DNA of 64,000 bases, taken from the NCBI GenBank assembly GCA_040901675.1, contig JBBDYJ010000013.1, forward strand, positions 32,001 through 96,000, read 5' to 3'. The position numbers and the translations under genes were made by a program. Below the pieces are notes generated by a model. The model searched no databases. It was not told the origin of the DNA and saw nothing but the letters and a program-made list of their open reading frames with translations. Source of the DNA: Pirellulales bacterium. GTDB lineage: Bacteria; Planctomycetota; Planctomycetia; Pirellulales; JAICIG01. Shown here in pieces: positions 37,518 to 47,589 of this stretch (the first letter of the stretch is position 1; every line of letters starts with the position of its first letter).

Positions 37518-40166
37518 TCACAGGATTTGCTCGATCGTCTGCAGCAGGTCCTGGTGATCGAATTTGCGCTTCACGATGTAGGCGTCGGCTCCCAGGCTCA
37601 GGCCGCGCTGCTGGTCCTCGCGGTGATCCACCGAGCTGACGACAATCACCGGCAGGCGCGCCAAGCGTTCATCTTTCTTGATCTCCTCCAGCAGGCCAAA
37701 GCCGTCCAGGCGCGGCATTTGGATATCGGTGATGACGAGATCTATTTTTTCCGAACGGAGTTGGGCCAAGGCCTCCAGCCCATCGACGGCCACGCGCACG
37801 CGATATCCGTGCGTTTCCAGAATGCTCGTCTCCAGCGTTCGGGTGGTGAAGGAGTCGTCGACCACGAGAATCGTCGGAGGTTGCCGGTCGTCGTCGGCCG
37901 TGGCTAGTCGGAAGCCTGGCGTCTGGCGGGACGACCGGAAGGCTTGGATTACCTCCGCAGGATTGAGCACCAGCGCCACGGTGCCGTCTTCCAGCAGCAT
38001 GCCGCCGCCGAACTTGTTGAGCGATTCCGCCGGGGCGCCGAGCTTCTTGATGAGTGCGTCGCGTTCGGCCAAGAGGGCATCGACTGCCACCGCCAGCCGC
38101 TTCCGCCCCGCTCGCAGGACCACCAGCGACAGTACGTCTGTGTCCAAGCCGCCGTCCGACGTCTCGATCCCCAGAAGCTGGGCCAGCAGGGCCACCGAAG
38201 TCAATTGCCCCTCCAGGGTGACCATCGGTTTTCCTTCCACCGTTTCCAGGTCCTTGGTTTTGATGCGGTGCAGCGATTCGATGCCGTAGAGCGGGATGGC
38301 AAAGGTTTGGCCATGGCACGAGACCAGGAGCAGCCGATGCGTCGACATGGCCAAGGGCACGCTGAGCCAGAGACTCGTGCCGCAGCCTTCTCTGGGCCGC
38401 AACTCGACATCTCCCTGCAGTCGGGCAACGGCTTCGTGCACCACAGAAAGGCCCATGCCACGGCCGGACAATTCGGTAACGACTCGTGCCGTGGAAAAGC
38501 CTGGCTGAAATAACAGTCGAGTCAGCTCGGGGATCGTGGCTGTGACCACATCTTCTTCCGAAATAAGTCGCCGCCGAGCCGCAATCTCGGCGGTTTTTAC
38601 CAGATCGATGCCGCGACCATCGTCCTCGACCGTCATCGTCAGCCGGTTGCCGACTGATTCGATTCTCAACAGCATGAGACCTGTGGGCGGTTTCCCGTGG
38701 GCCTGGCGCTCGTCAGGACGTTCGATGCCATGCGTCACGGCGTTGCGTAGGATGTGCATCAGGGGATCTTTCATGGCCTGCAGCACCATCCTGTCGGCCT
38801 GCACCTCAAAGCCGCTGATGCGGAACTCGATCTGTTTGCCTTCGTCGCGGGCCAGGTCGCGCACCATTTTTCGGAATCCCTGGAACGCGGTTTCGACTGG
38901 AACCATCCGCGTCCGCCGCACGTCTCGTTGAAGCTGCTCTCCCAGGAGCCGCAAGGACCATGCGCTGCGCTGCTGCAGCAGCCTGACGGACCGAACGTGC
39001 CGAGAAAGGGAGTGAAGCTGATGCTCGATCAGGTCCAGTCCTTGCCGGACGCGTTTCACCTCGGGCGTGGCATCGAGGCTTCGAATGCTCCCCGTGGCCT
39101 TCTTGAGGGCGTTCCAATGGCTCTCGAGCCCATTGACCTGGCGGCTCATCGCGCCGAGCTCTTGGACCACCAAATTCTGCTTGAGGCTCTCGGTTAGCAA
39201 CTCACCAGTCGATTGGAGCAGGCGGTCGAGGCTTTCGGCGCTGAGCCTCACCGTTTCCACCGGCAGGAGCAGCGCGTCGGCAGGTGCGGCAACCGGTGCA
39301 TCCGCCGCGATCGATGGCCTGTCGCCTGCGGATTGACTTGGCGCGGCCTCCGGACCTTCCTCCGCCTCCGATCTTGTGAGCTGCTCGAGAATCGTGACTG
39401 AATCGCTGAGTTGTGAATCACTCGTGCGCGGAGGCACGGCAACACAATCCTGGATGGTGTCTACGCCCCGCCGGATGGCCTCGATGACGGCGCCGCTGAA
39501 AGAAACGCGTCCTTGGCGCAGTTGCAAGAGCAGGCGTTCGAACTGATGTGCCACGTCGTCGACGCCCTTAACGTTGGCGACACGGGCTGCTCCCTTCAAA
39601 TTATGCGCGCAGCGAAAGGCTTCCTCGAGATCCACGGTTGCCGGCGGACTGCCGTGCTGCTCAACATTGTCGACTAGCGCACGGATGCCGTTGAGATATT
39701 CATGATGCTCTTCTTCAAAGGCGGCCCGCAACTTCAGATCGAGATCCGAGGACGGTTGGACGCTCTTCACCTGCAGGGGCGCGGAGCCCGTCAGCCGATC
39801 GAGCTCGTCCAGCACCTGCTTTGGATCCGGAGGCGTGCGGTCCTTACCCAGGCAGGCGGCGTCGTCTTCAATCGCATCCAAGGCCATTTGGATCACACAG
39901 AGGCCTTCCTTGTCGAGCTGCAAACCGCCGCCCCGTACACGTGAGAACAGGCTCTCCAGCCGGTGCGCGACTTGTTCAGCCGCAACGGCGCCGGTGATCC
40001 GAGAGGCGCCTTTGAGGCTATGAGCGCGGCGAAAGGCCTCGTCCAGCTCGGAGCCAGCGTTCGCAACGCCGTGCGCCTCGAGTTTGGCGAGGTTGGCGCG
40101 AATGCCTTCCAGGTGCTCGACGCATTCTACCTGGAAGGCGGCCAGCAGTTTCTCGTTGCCGTCCAT
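37518..40166 (-). CDS. cheA: Hybrid CheA kinase (2x HPt, dimerisation, HATPase, CheW, REC), WspE-like
   Basis: AHSLKGA and AHNLKGA, HILRNAVTHGIE, DDGRGID, SGRGMGL, C-terminal receiver. Confidence 0.95.
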   Translation of the reverse strand: MDGNEKLLAAFQVECVEHLEGIRANLAKLEAHGVANAGSELDEAFRRAHSLKGASRITGAVAAEQVAHRLESLFSRVRGGGLQLDKEGLCVIQMALDAIEDDAACLGKDRTPPDPKQVLDELDRLTGSAPLQVKSVQPSSDLDLKLRAAFEEEHHEYLNGIRALVDNVEQHGSPPATVDLEEAFRCAHNLKGAARVANVKGVDDVAHQFERLLLQLRQGRVSFSGAVIEAIRRGVDTIQDCVAVPPRTSDSQLSDSVTILEQLTRSEAEEGPEAAPSQSAGDRPSIAADAPVAAPADALLLPVETVRLSAESLDRLLQSTGELLTESLKQNLVVQELGAMSRQVNGLESHWNALKKATGSIRSLDATPEVKRVRQGLDLIEHQLHSLSRHVRSVRLLQQRSAWSLRLLGEQLQRDVRRTRMVPVETAFQGFRKMVRDLARDEGKQIEFRISGFEVQADRMVLQAMKDPLMHILRNAVTHGIERPDERQAHGKPPTGLMLLRIESVGNRLTMTVEDDGRGIDLVKTAEIAARRRLISEEDVVTATIPELTRLLFQPGFSTARVVTELSGRGMGLSVVHEAVARLQGDVELRPREGCGTSLWLSVPLAMSTHRLLLVSCHGQTFAIPLYGIESLHRIKTKDLETVEGKPMVTLEGQLTSVALLAQLLGIETSDGGLDTDVLSLVVLRAGRKRLAVAVDALLAERDALIKKLGAPAESLNKFGGGMLLEDGTVALVLNPAEVIQAFRSSRQTPGFRLATADDDRQPPTILVVDDSFTTRTLETSILETHGYRVRVAVDGLEALAQLRSEKIDLVITDIQMPRLDGFGLLEEIKKDERLARLPVIVVSSVDHREDQQRGLSLGADAYIVKRKFDHQDLLQTIEQIL

Positions 40167-41851
40167 TAGAGTTGATATCTCCCGACAGCCGCACGGAGTT
40201 GTTGGCTCTGTGCATTGAGGCTGGCAACTGCCCTTTCGAGCTGCAACGTCGACGCAGCCGTCTGTGAAGCGGCCTGGCGGATGTCCTGCATTCCTTGCGT
40301 CACCTGCTCGAAGCCGATCTGCTGCTGACTCGTAGCCCCGATGATCTGCTGGAAGGTCTGTACACTTTCCACCGTGGTTTCGGTCATCTGGCGAATGGTC
40401 TGTTCGGCCACGTCGGCCTGCTGTTTTCCCGCTTCCACTCGCTTCACCGCCTCCTCGGTCAGCATCACCGAACTGTTGATTCCCTTCTGGATCTCTCCCA
40501 GGATGTTGCGGACTTGCACGGTCGAGTCTTTGGCCTGGTCGGCCAGGTTCTTGATCTCATTGGCCACGACCGAGAATCGATTCCCCTGGTCGCCGGCAGC
40601 CGCAGCCTCAATGGCAGCGTTCAGGGCCAAGAGATTGGAACGCTCGGCAATATCGTTGACCGTGGCAATGATCTCCCCCACCGCTTGGGTCTTCTCGCTG
40701 AGAGAGACGATGTTTTCGGCCACCTCCTCGACCTGCTCGCGGATGGCTTCCATGGTGCCGTTGGTCTCCTGCACAGCCCTCAACCCTGAAGTGCTGGTCG
40801 TGGAAGTCAGTTCGGCAGCCGAGGCCACCTGTTGGGCCTTTTCGGAGATCTGCGAGCCGGATTGACGGACTTCTTCCATCGTGCTCGTGATCTCCTGGAC
40901 GGTTGCCGCCTGCTGCTTGGTGCCGGCTGCCTGTTGCTGCGTCGAGGCCAGAATCTCCGCGGCTGCGGCATTCAGGTTTCCGGTTACCGAGACCGTCTGG
41001 CCCGTCAAGTCTTTCAGCGTGTCGAGCATCTGGTTGAAGACAGCCGCTAATTGGCCGACTTCGTCTCCAGAAACATTCGTCACTTTCTGGACTCGCAGGT
41101 CCCCCTGGGAAATCCTTTGAGCGACACTCACCACGCTTGCTAGCGGGGTTATGACGCCGCGCGCAATCAGCCAACTAAAGACGCTTCCCAGCACCGCGAC
41201 GAGCACGCCAATGACCGTCTCCCATTGCATCATCGCCGCGATCTTGCTACGCGAGTGGGCCGATAGCAGTTTTACGGACTCATTAGATTGGACTTCGACC
41301 TGGTAGTTCAGATCCAGCAGTTCCTTCAAGGTCACGATAAAGCGCGGATTGTCCTCTTTAAGCTTCAGAAACTCGTCCCCCTTCGCCGCGAAGGCCTCCA
41401 GTGACTGCTTCTGTTCTACTAATGAGTCCCGGATTTCCGCGGTCGGAGCCGGAGGCACTTGCAACACTTCACCCGTTAGCAGGTTCTTGATCGGGCCACC
41501 GTTGAGCAGTGACTCAAGCGATTCATTCAGCACTTGGCGGGTCGCTTCGTAGTCAATGTTGCGCGTAATGTCCGTGGCGGTGGCTTTACCATTCAAGAGC
41601 GATAAAGATTGTTCCTGATCAGTTGCAAATTGCCGAGTCGCCAACACGAGCTGCGTCAATTGCCGCTGATTCAGCATCCGCTGGCGGCCGGCCATGTCGA
41701 CGACGAGCGAGTCCGATTGCTGGTCCTGCATTGTGGAGAGCGTATAGAGCAGGATCGTGGCAATCCCCAGGATGAATAGTGCGGGAATGGTAGCCAGCTT
41801 TCGCCCAACCCGCAAATCACGCCAGAAGGATCGCTGGAATTCGTTGGTCAT
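40166..41851 (-). CDS. Methyl-accepting chemotaxis protein with PilJ/NarX-like sensor domain and HAMP
   Basis: TM1, DMAGRQRMLNQR, TM2, HAMP (DEVGQLA), IAERSNLLALNAAIEAA hairpin. Confidence 0.93.
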   Translation of the reverse strand: MTNEFQRSFWRDLRVGRKLATIPALFILGIATILLYTLSTMQDQQSDSLVVDMAGRQRMLNQRQLTQLVLATRQFATDQEQSLSLLNGKATATDITRNIDYEATRQVLNESLESLLNGGPIKNLLTGEVLQVPPAPTAEIRDSLVEQKQSLEAFAAKGDEFLKLKEDNPRFIVTLKELLDLNYQVEVQSNESVKLLSAHSRSKIAAMMQWETVIGVLVAVLGSVFSWLIARGVITPLASVVSVAQRISQGDLRVQKVTNVSGDEVGQLAAVFNQMLDTLKDLTGQTVSVTGNLNAAAAEILASTQQQAAGTKQQAATVQEITSTMEEVRQSGSQISEKAQQVASAAELTSTTSTSGLRAVQETNGTMEAIREQVEEVAENIVSLSEKTQAVGEIIATVNDIAERSNLLALNAAIEAAAAGDQGNRFSVVANEIKNLADQAKDSTVQVRNILGEIQKGINSSVMLTEEAVKRVEAGKQQADVAEQTIRQMTETTVESVQTFQQIIGATSQQQIGFEQVTQGMQDIRQAASQTAASTLQLERAVASLNAQSQQLRAAVGRYQL

Positions 41852-41896
41852 GTGATATCACCCTGTTCTGTGTAGGTGCCGAATTACAGTTGCAAT

Positions 41897-42577
41897 TCAT
41901 TCGCTGCTAAAGTGTCCCTCGGTCGCCATATCTGCCGCGCTCTTCCCGGTAAAAAGCGGGTGTGAGAGAATGGCTGATAGGTCGAGGACGATGAGCCGAT
42001 CCGGAGTTACCCCACGGACATATGGGTCGGGCAATGCGGCTCCCCCTTCGCCTGGTACCCTCAATGAGTCGAGCGAGACGAAGGCGATCCTCTCGACCCG
42101 ATCGACCCGCAGTCCCACTTCGACGCTCCCGCCACGCAGCATGGCGATGTAGCCCCCGGACCGCGGATCCGATTCGGGTCCAACGAGGCCCAAGATGCGG
42201 GACAAACTGGCGACTGGACGGATTTCGCCGCGCAGGTTGATCACACCCAGCAGCTCGAGTGGAGCACCAGGGGCGGGAGTGCAATTGGCAAACGCGAGCA
42301 CCTCGAGAACGCCTCCCAGTTCCAGACAGTACCGCTCTTGGCCAAGCGCAATGACCAGCGCGCGGAATCCTGCCTCGGCGCGTTGTGCGCTGTGCCGGCG
42401 TGCCAGTTGCAGAGACCGCCGATGGAAGATCGCTTGGACGCGTTGGTCGTCCGGAATGAAAGCTTTGTCGATGGCCTCTTGGCTCATCGCCAGACGGCGC
42501 TTCACTTCGACCCAGTCGATGCGTCGGGCCTTGGAGTTTATGAGTGGCACAGGACTTCCAGGTGCGTTTGAGTCCAT
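41897..42577 (-). CDS. cheW: CheW-domain coupling protein (WspD-like)
   Basis: LLGVINLRGEIRPV and GLRVDRV motifs, with N-terminal extension IDWVEVKRRL. Confidence 0.88.
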   Translation of the reverse strand: MDSNAPGSPVPLINSKARRIDWVEVKRRLAMSQEAIDKAFIPDDQRVQAIFHRRSLQLARRHSAQRAEAGFRALVIALGQERYCLELGGVLEVLAFANCTPAPGAPLELLGVINLRGEIRPVASLSRILGLVGPESDPRSGGYIAMLRGGSVEVGLRVDRVERIAFVSLDSLRVPGEGGAALPDPYVRGVTPDRLIVLDLSAILSHPLFTGKSAADMATEGHFSSE

Positions 42578-43989
42578 TGCTTGAGAGCGCCGACCGTCAG
42601 CCCGTCGGCATCGTTAAAGACTTGCTGGTCATCCATTTGATTCAAGAGCTTGATGGCATTCCGAAAGCAGCGCTGTGCCCCGGCCATATCGCGCCTCATT
42701 TGCAGCAACAATCCGAGGTGGTAGTGGGCCAGCACGAATCGCCGGTCCAAATAAATCGTTCGCCGCAGCGCTCGTTCGGTTTCGGCGTGCCGGCCCATCT
42801 GCTCCAGCACGAGAGCGTGATAGAAATGGACTGTGGGGTTGAGCTCATCGAGCGCGATCAACTCGTCGCAACTGCGCGCGGCCCCTTCCCACTGTGCACG
42901 ATCTGCTTTTGTCCGGATATCGGCCAGTCGCTCTGCGACGGCTGCCGGCCACGTTGTCGGCTGTTTCAGCGGGCCACAAACGAGAGGCCGGCGGTTGTGT
43001 TCTCGCTTCTCACCGCGCGACGACGTAGGGGCCGTCTGGTCCGAGGGCGTCACGCGATTCGTCGAGCCGCCAAGCTCGTTTCGGCCGCCGACGGCTCGAG
43101 GCGATTCGGCGACAACCGGGGCGGGTTGGCGCTTCTGGTAAAGTACCGCTCCGGGCACGTTCAACGTGCGGAAGGGTCGGAAGAGTTGGACGCAGGACTC
43201 GGCATGGCCAACCAGCAACCATCCGCCCTCGACAAGGCATTCGTGGAACTGCGCGATGATCCGGCTGACAATGTCGCGCTGGAAGTAGATCATTACATTG
43301 CGGCACAGGATCAAATCGAAGGCGGAGAGATTGTTCAGCAGCGAGGGGAACGGATGCTGCACAAGATTGTGGTATTGAAACGAGACGCCTTGCTTGAATT
43401 CAGGCTTCAGTGCCCAGAGCTTGCCTTCGGACGAAAAGCAGGCGCGTTTCACTTCTTCGCTGCCGGACCTGAAGGCCCAATCCGCGAATTCAGCTCGCTG
43501 CGCGCGGGCCAGAAACTCGCGATTGATGTCGGTCCCCACGATCGTCACATCCCATCCGGCCAGGAGATGCGCGAGTTCCGTTTTCAGGAGAATGGCGATC
43601 GAATAGGGTTCGGCGCCTGTGGCGCATCCGGCACTCCAGATCTTCAGACGGCGGCGCTGCTGTTGGCGTTCAATCAGCTCGGGAAGCACTCGGTCGCGCA
43701 GGGCATCAAACTGCTCGCGATGGCGGAAAAAGAAGGTCTCCCCGATCGTCAGCTCCGCGATCAGAGCGCTCCATTCCGTTTCCGCCGCCCCGCCATCCGA
43801 AAGCCGGTCCAGGTACTCCCCCACTTGCTTGAGGCCTAGCACGGCCAGCCGGCTTGCAATTCGTCCCGCCAGTTCCTCGTCTTGATTCAAGTAGTAAGCG
43901 AGTCCTGTCGTCTCGATGACGTAATCCTTGAACCGTCGATAGGCAGGATCGTTCATCAACGCCGCTGCAGAAATGGAAGAGGACGTCAC
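42538..43989 (-). CDS. cheR: CheR methyltransferase with C-terminal TPR (WspC-like)
   Basis: TIGETFFFR, IWSAGCATGAEPYS, FDLILCRNVMIYF, TPR tail. The GTG start overlaps the upstream stop. Confidence 0.93.
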   Translation of the reverse strand: MTSSSISAAALMNDPAYRRFKDYVIETTGLAYYLNQDEELAGRIASRLAVLGLKQVGEYLDRLSDGGAAETEWSALIAELTIGETFFFRHREQFDALRDRVLPELIERQQQRRRLKIWSAGCATGAEPYSIAILLKTELAHLLAGWDVTIVGTDINREFLARAQRAEFADWAFRSGSEEVKRACFSSEGKLWALKPEFKQGVSFQYHNLVQHPFPSLLNNLSAFDLILCRNVMIYFQRDIVSRIIAQFHECLVEGGWLLVGHAESCVQLFRPFRTLNVPGAVLYQKRQPAPVVAESPRAVGGRNELGGSTNRVTPSDQTAPTSSRGEKREHNRRPLVCGPLKQPTTWPAAVAERLADIRTKADRAQWEGAARSCDELIALDELNPTVHFYHALVLEQMGRHAETERALRRTIYLDRRFVLAHYHLGLLLQMRRDMAGAQRCFRNAIKLLNQMDDQQVFNDADGLTVGALKQWTQTHLEVLCHS

Positions 43990-44525
43990 AGTGCGCCACC
44001 CTCCAGTTCGGCCAGCCGCGCTTGTTGCAGGGCTGCCAAATCGGCCAGACGTTGCTGCTCGGTCCTTAATAGCAGGCGGTCCGGAGATAGGATAATGATG
44101 TGAGAGTCCTCGACCATTGCCACACCCACCGCACACTCATTGAACGAGCAATTCTCTGGAACGGGCAGGATACAGCTTTCGGCAATACCAAGAATGCACG
44201 CGTCCTCCACCATAACGGCGAGCGGAAGGCCGACGTTCTGCAGAACCAGAATCGGTGTGTACAGGCGGATTGCCTGATTTGGCGCGGAGAAAAGTTGATC
44301 CAACCGGAGCACGGCAACTGCCAATCCGGCGAGATTGAAAAAGCCTGCCAGCACCGACGGCAACCCAGGTGGCCGCGAGAGCAGAGGCATGGAAACGATT
44401 TCCTTCACGGCTGAGAGGGGGATCCCATAGGCTTGCCCGGCCAAACGAAAAACCACCAGTTGCCGGCTCGTCGGAGACGACCGCCCAGCCATGTTGAGAG
44501 CGGGCGCAGTTTCCAGAGCGTTCAT
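43986..44525 (-). CDS. cheW: CheW-domain protein
   Basis: LVVFRLAGQAYGIPLSAVKEIV...PPGLPSVLAGFFNLAG. Start set at ATG 44525. Confidence 0.85.
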   Translation of the reverse strand: MNALETAPALNMAGRSSPTSRQLVVFRLAGQAYGIPLSAVKEIVSMPLLSRPPGLPSVLAGFFNLAGLAVAVLRLDQLFSAPNQAIRLYTPILVLQNVGLPLAVMVEDACILGIAESCILPVPENCSFNECAVGVAMVEDSHIIILSPDRLLLRTEQQRLADLAALQQARLAELEGGAL

Positions 44526-45043
44526 ATTTCGATCCGCAATGAGGTCGATTCCGCACAACCGTGTCTTCCGCTCGATCGGCCCTGGACGGACGATCCGGTA
44601 GGCTTTTAAATAATCGCTGCTCCTGGCACGGCAGGCCTGCGTGACAGCCCGAGCACCTGGCAACAGATACGACGTGAATGGGCTGCGGGCAAATTGTGAA
44701 CAGGGAACGGCCGAAAGTAGACGTGTTGCCGATTCTCACCCTTCCAAGCCGATCAGCGTCTGCCTGCCTTTCTCTCATATCCGCTGTAATCGGACGATGG
44801 GCTAAACCGCCATCCCTTTAGAGCTGTTCAGTCCTGTGGACCCTTTGGCGATGATTGACCGGTCCTGGAACGGGACCTAGCCTTTTGCGCGGTTTCAGCG
44901 GAGGCGCCGCGCCGACGTTCCCCCCAGCGCGGACGCTTGCGCTGGAGGGCCAGCGCGGAATCGCGGTCGCTCTCGGGTTCGGGAGACGGCTTTGGAACAA
45001 CCTCGTTCCGCAGCGTCTCCGAGCGCCTCGCGGGTAAGGCAGC

Positions 45044-45172
45044 ATGAATCTGACCATCTTCAGGAAGGGGTTGATCCTTGTCACCCTGCCCCTGCTGTTC
45101 CAGTTAGTGTTCGTGGGCCTCGTGGCGCGAATGCAGTCGGAACCGCGGGGCAAAACAACACTTCGGAACTGA
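45044..45172 (+). pseudogene. Probable truncated N-terminus of a membrane sensor kinase (42 aa)
   Basis: MNLTIFRKGLILVTLPLLFQLVFVGLVARMQSEPRGKTTLRN*: a single TM1-like helix ending 15 nt before the response regulator. Confidence 0.55.
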
Positions 45173-45187
45173 AATGGGAGGAGATCC

Positions 45188-45637
45188 ATGGCGAGCGGAC
45201 CGTTGGTCATTGTGTTAGCGGAAGATGACGAGGGGCATGCCTGCCTGGTGCAGCGCAACCTGTCGCGCGCCGGTATTGCCAACGAAATCGTCCACGTGAA
45301 AGACGGCCAGGCGGCCCTGGATTACGTGCGCCGGGAAGGGGAATTCGCCCGCCGCAATTCGAATGGGTCACTGCTGCTGGTGCTGGATGTCAACATGCCG
45401 CGTTTGGACGGGGTTGAGGTGCTGGCCCAGATCAAGGCCGATCCGACCCGCGCTCGAATACCGATCATCATGCTGACGACCACCGACGACCCGCGCGAAG
45501 TCGAGCGCTGCTACCAGCTCGGCTGCAGCGTCTATATCACCAAGCCGGTGGAATACGATCAGTTCGTGGAAGCGGTCAGGCGGCTCGGGTTGCTGCTACA
45601 GATCGTGCAGGTGCCTTGCGAGAACAGCGACCATTGA
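45188..45637 (+). CDS. Single-domain response regulator (Rcp1-like)
   Basis: VLAEDDEGH, LDVNMPRLDG, MLTTTDD, YITKP. ggaggag RBS. Confidence 0.93.
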   Translation: MASGPLVIVLAEDDEGHACLVQRNLSRAGIANEIVHVKDGQAALDYVRREGEFARRNSNGSLLLVLDVNMPRLDGVEVLAQIKADPTRARIPIIMLTTTDDPREVERCYQLGCSVYITKPVEYDQFVEAVRRLGLLLQIVQVPCENSDH

Positions 45638-45648
45638 AGGACCCCGTC

Positions 45649-47589
45649 ATGGCCAACAGCGCAATCGGCACGGTCTTGATCGTGGAGGACGACGCGGGCG
45701 TGGCTTATCTGCAGTCGCGCTGCCTGGAGCGGGCCGGATACCACGTGGTCACGGCGACGACTGCCGATGAGGCGATGGAGCGCCTGCGGCTGCACGGCGA
45801 CATGAAGCTCGTCGTGCTCGACTATTGCCTGCCAGGCGCCGTGACGGGGCTCGATCTGCACGCCCAGTTGAAGGCCGCGGGCTACGATCTGCCGGTGATC
45901 ATGGTCACGGCATTCACCGAAGAGGCGACGGTGATCAGGGCGCTGCGAGCGGGCGTACGCGACTTTGTGTCCAAATCGGCCGAGTACCTGGACTACTTGC
46001 CGGCCGCGGTCCAGCGGGTCCTCGAACAGGCCACGCTCGAACGGCGCTTGGCCGAGTCGGAAGCCCGTTTTCAGTTGTTCATGGACAACAGCCCCGCGGT
46101 CGCTTTTATCAAGGACGAGCAGGGGCGGCTGGTCTACGCGAACAAGCGTTTTGAGCATTCGTTCAACCGGACCGACTGGCTCGGCAAGAGCGACTCGGAG
46201 CTCTGGCCGGCCGAAACGGCCCGGCAGCTCCGGGAGAACGACGCCGCGGTTCTCTCGGCCGGCCTGGCCGCCGAGCTGGTGGAGTCGACCCTGATGCCAG
46301 ATGGGCGGGTCCGTCACTGGCTGTCCTACAAGTTTCCGATCCGCGACGACTCCGGCCAGCGCCTGCTGGGCGGCATGGCGATCGACGTCACGGAGCGCAA
46401 AGAGGCCGAAGCCGCCGTGCAAAAGCGGGACGGACAACTGCGCCAGGCGCAAAAGATGGAAGCCATCGGCACGCTGGCCGGCGGCGTGGCCCACGAGTTC
46501 AACAACCTGCTGCAAGCGGTGCAGGGCTATACCCGCTATGCCATGGAGGGCCTCGAGGCCCAGAGCCAGCCGTATCAGGACCTGGAACAGGTGCTCAAGG
46601 CGGCCGACCGGGCGGCGATGCTCACGAAGCAGCTCCTGGGCTTCGGGCGAAGGCAGGAAGGCCAGTTCATCGACGTGCAGCCGAACTTGCTGGTGCAGGA
46701 GCTGCTGAAGATGATCCGCCCGCTGATCGGCGAAAACATCACGGTCAAGGTGGTTCTGGGCACCGACGTCGCAACCGTCCACGCCGATCCGGGGCACTTG
46801 CAGCAGGTGCTGATGAACTTGTGCGTGAATGCCCGCGATGCGATGCCCGAGGGGGGCACGCTGTTGGTCAAGACCGAGAACCTGGTGCTGGGCGACTCCC
46901 GCGAGTTGTATCCCGGCATGGGCCCGGGCCGCTACCTGGCGTTGACCGTCGCCGATACCGGCTGCGGCATTGCCCCCGAGCACAAGGACCATATTTTCGA
47001 ACCTTTCTTTACGAGCAAGGAAGTCGGCAAGGGCACCGGGCTGGGCCTGGCCGTGGCTTACGGCATCGTGCAAGGGCACGGTGGCGTGATCCGGGTGTAC
47101 AGCGAGTTGGGGCTGGGCAGCACGTTCAAGGTCTATCTGCCGGCCGTCGGTCGGGACGCGACGATCGAGCGGCCCGATTGTGCGAGCCGGCCGGCCGGCG
47201 GCATTGAGACGATCCTGGTGGCCGAAGACGAGCCGATGGTGCGGGACCTGACGGTTCGAACGCTGCAATCGGCCGGTTACCAGACGCTCACCGCTCAAGA
47301 CGGGGAGGAGGCGGTCGATGTATTCCGGCGGAACGCGGACAAGATCTCCCTGGCCCTGCTCGACGTCGTCATGCCACGCCTCAGCGGACGCCAGGTGTAC
47401 CAGCGGATCAAGGAGGTCAAGCCGGCCGTTCAAGTGCTCTTCTGCAGCGGCTACGACCCCCACAGCGGTCAGGCCGACTTCATCGCCAACGACGGCCTGC
47501 GGCTGGTCCAAAAGCCGATCGCGCCCGACGTGCTGTTGCAAACCATCCGCGAGGTGCTGGATCAGGAGGCGGCATGCCAGGCGACCTGA
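45649..47589 (+). CDS. Hybrid kinase REC-PAS-HisKA-HATPase-REC
   Basis: [38 protein letters not shown]- and C-terminal receivers. Confidence 0.93.
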   Translation: MANSAIGTVLIVEDDAGVAYLQSRCLERAGYHVVTATTADEAMERLRLHGDMKLVVLDYCLPGAVTGLDLHAQLKAAGYDLPVIMVTAFTEEATVIRALRAGVRDFVSKSAEYLDYLPAAVQRVLEQATLERRLAESEARFQLFMDNSPAVAFIKDEQGRLVYANKRFEHSFNRTDWLGKSDSELWPAETARQLRENDAAVLSAGLAAELVESTLMPDGRVRHWLSYKFPIRDDSGQRLLGGMAIDVTERKEAEAAVQKRDGQLRQAQKMEAIGTLAGGVAHEFNNLLQAVQGYTRYAMEGLEAQSQPYQDLEQVLKAADRAAMLTKQLLGFGRRQEGQFIDVQPNLLVQELLKMIRPLIGENITVKVVLGTDVATVHADPGHLQQVLMNLCVNARDAMPEGGTLLVKTENLVLGDSRELYPGMGPGRYLALTVADTGCGIAPEHKDHIFEPFFTSKEVGKGTGLGLAVAYGIVQGHGGVIRVYSELGLGSTFKVYLPAVGRDATIERPDCASRPAGGIETILVAEDEPMVRDLTVRTLQSAGYQTLTAQDGEEAVDVFRRNADKISLALLDVVMPRLSGRQVYQRIKEVKPAVQVLFCSGYDPHSGQADFIANDGLRLVQKPIAPDVLLQTIREVLDQEAACQAT

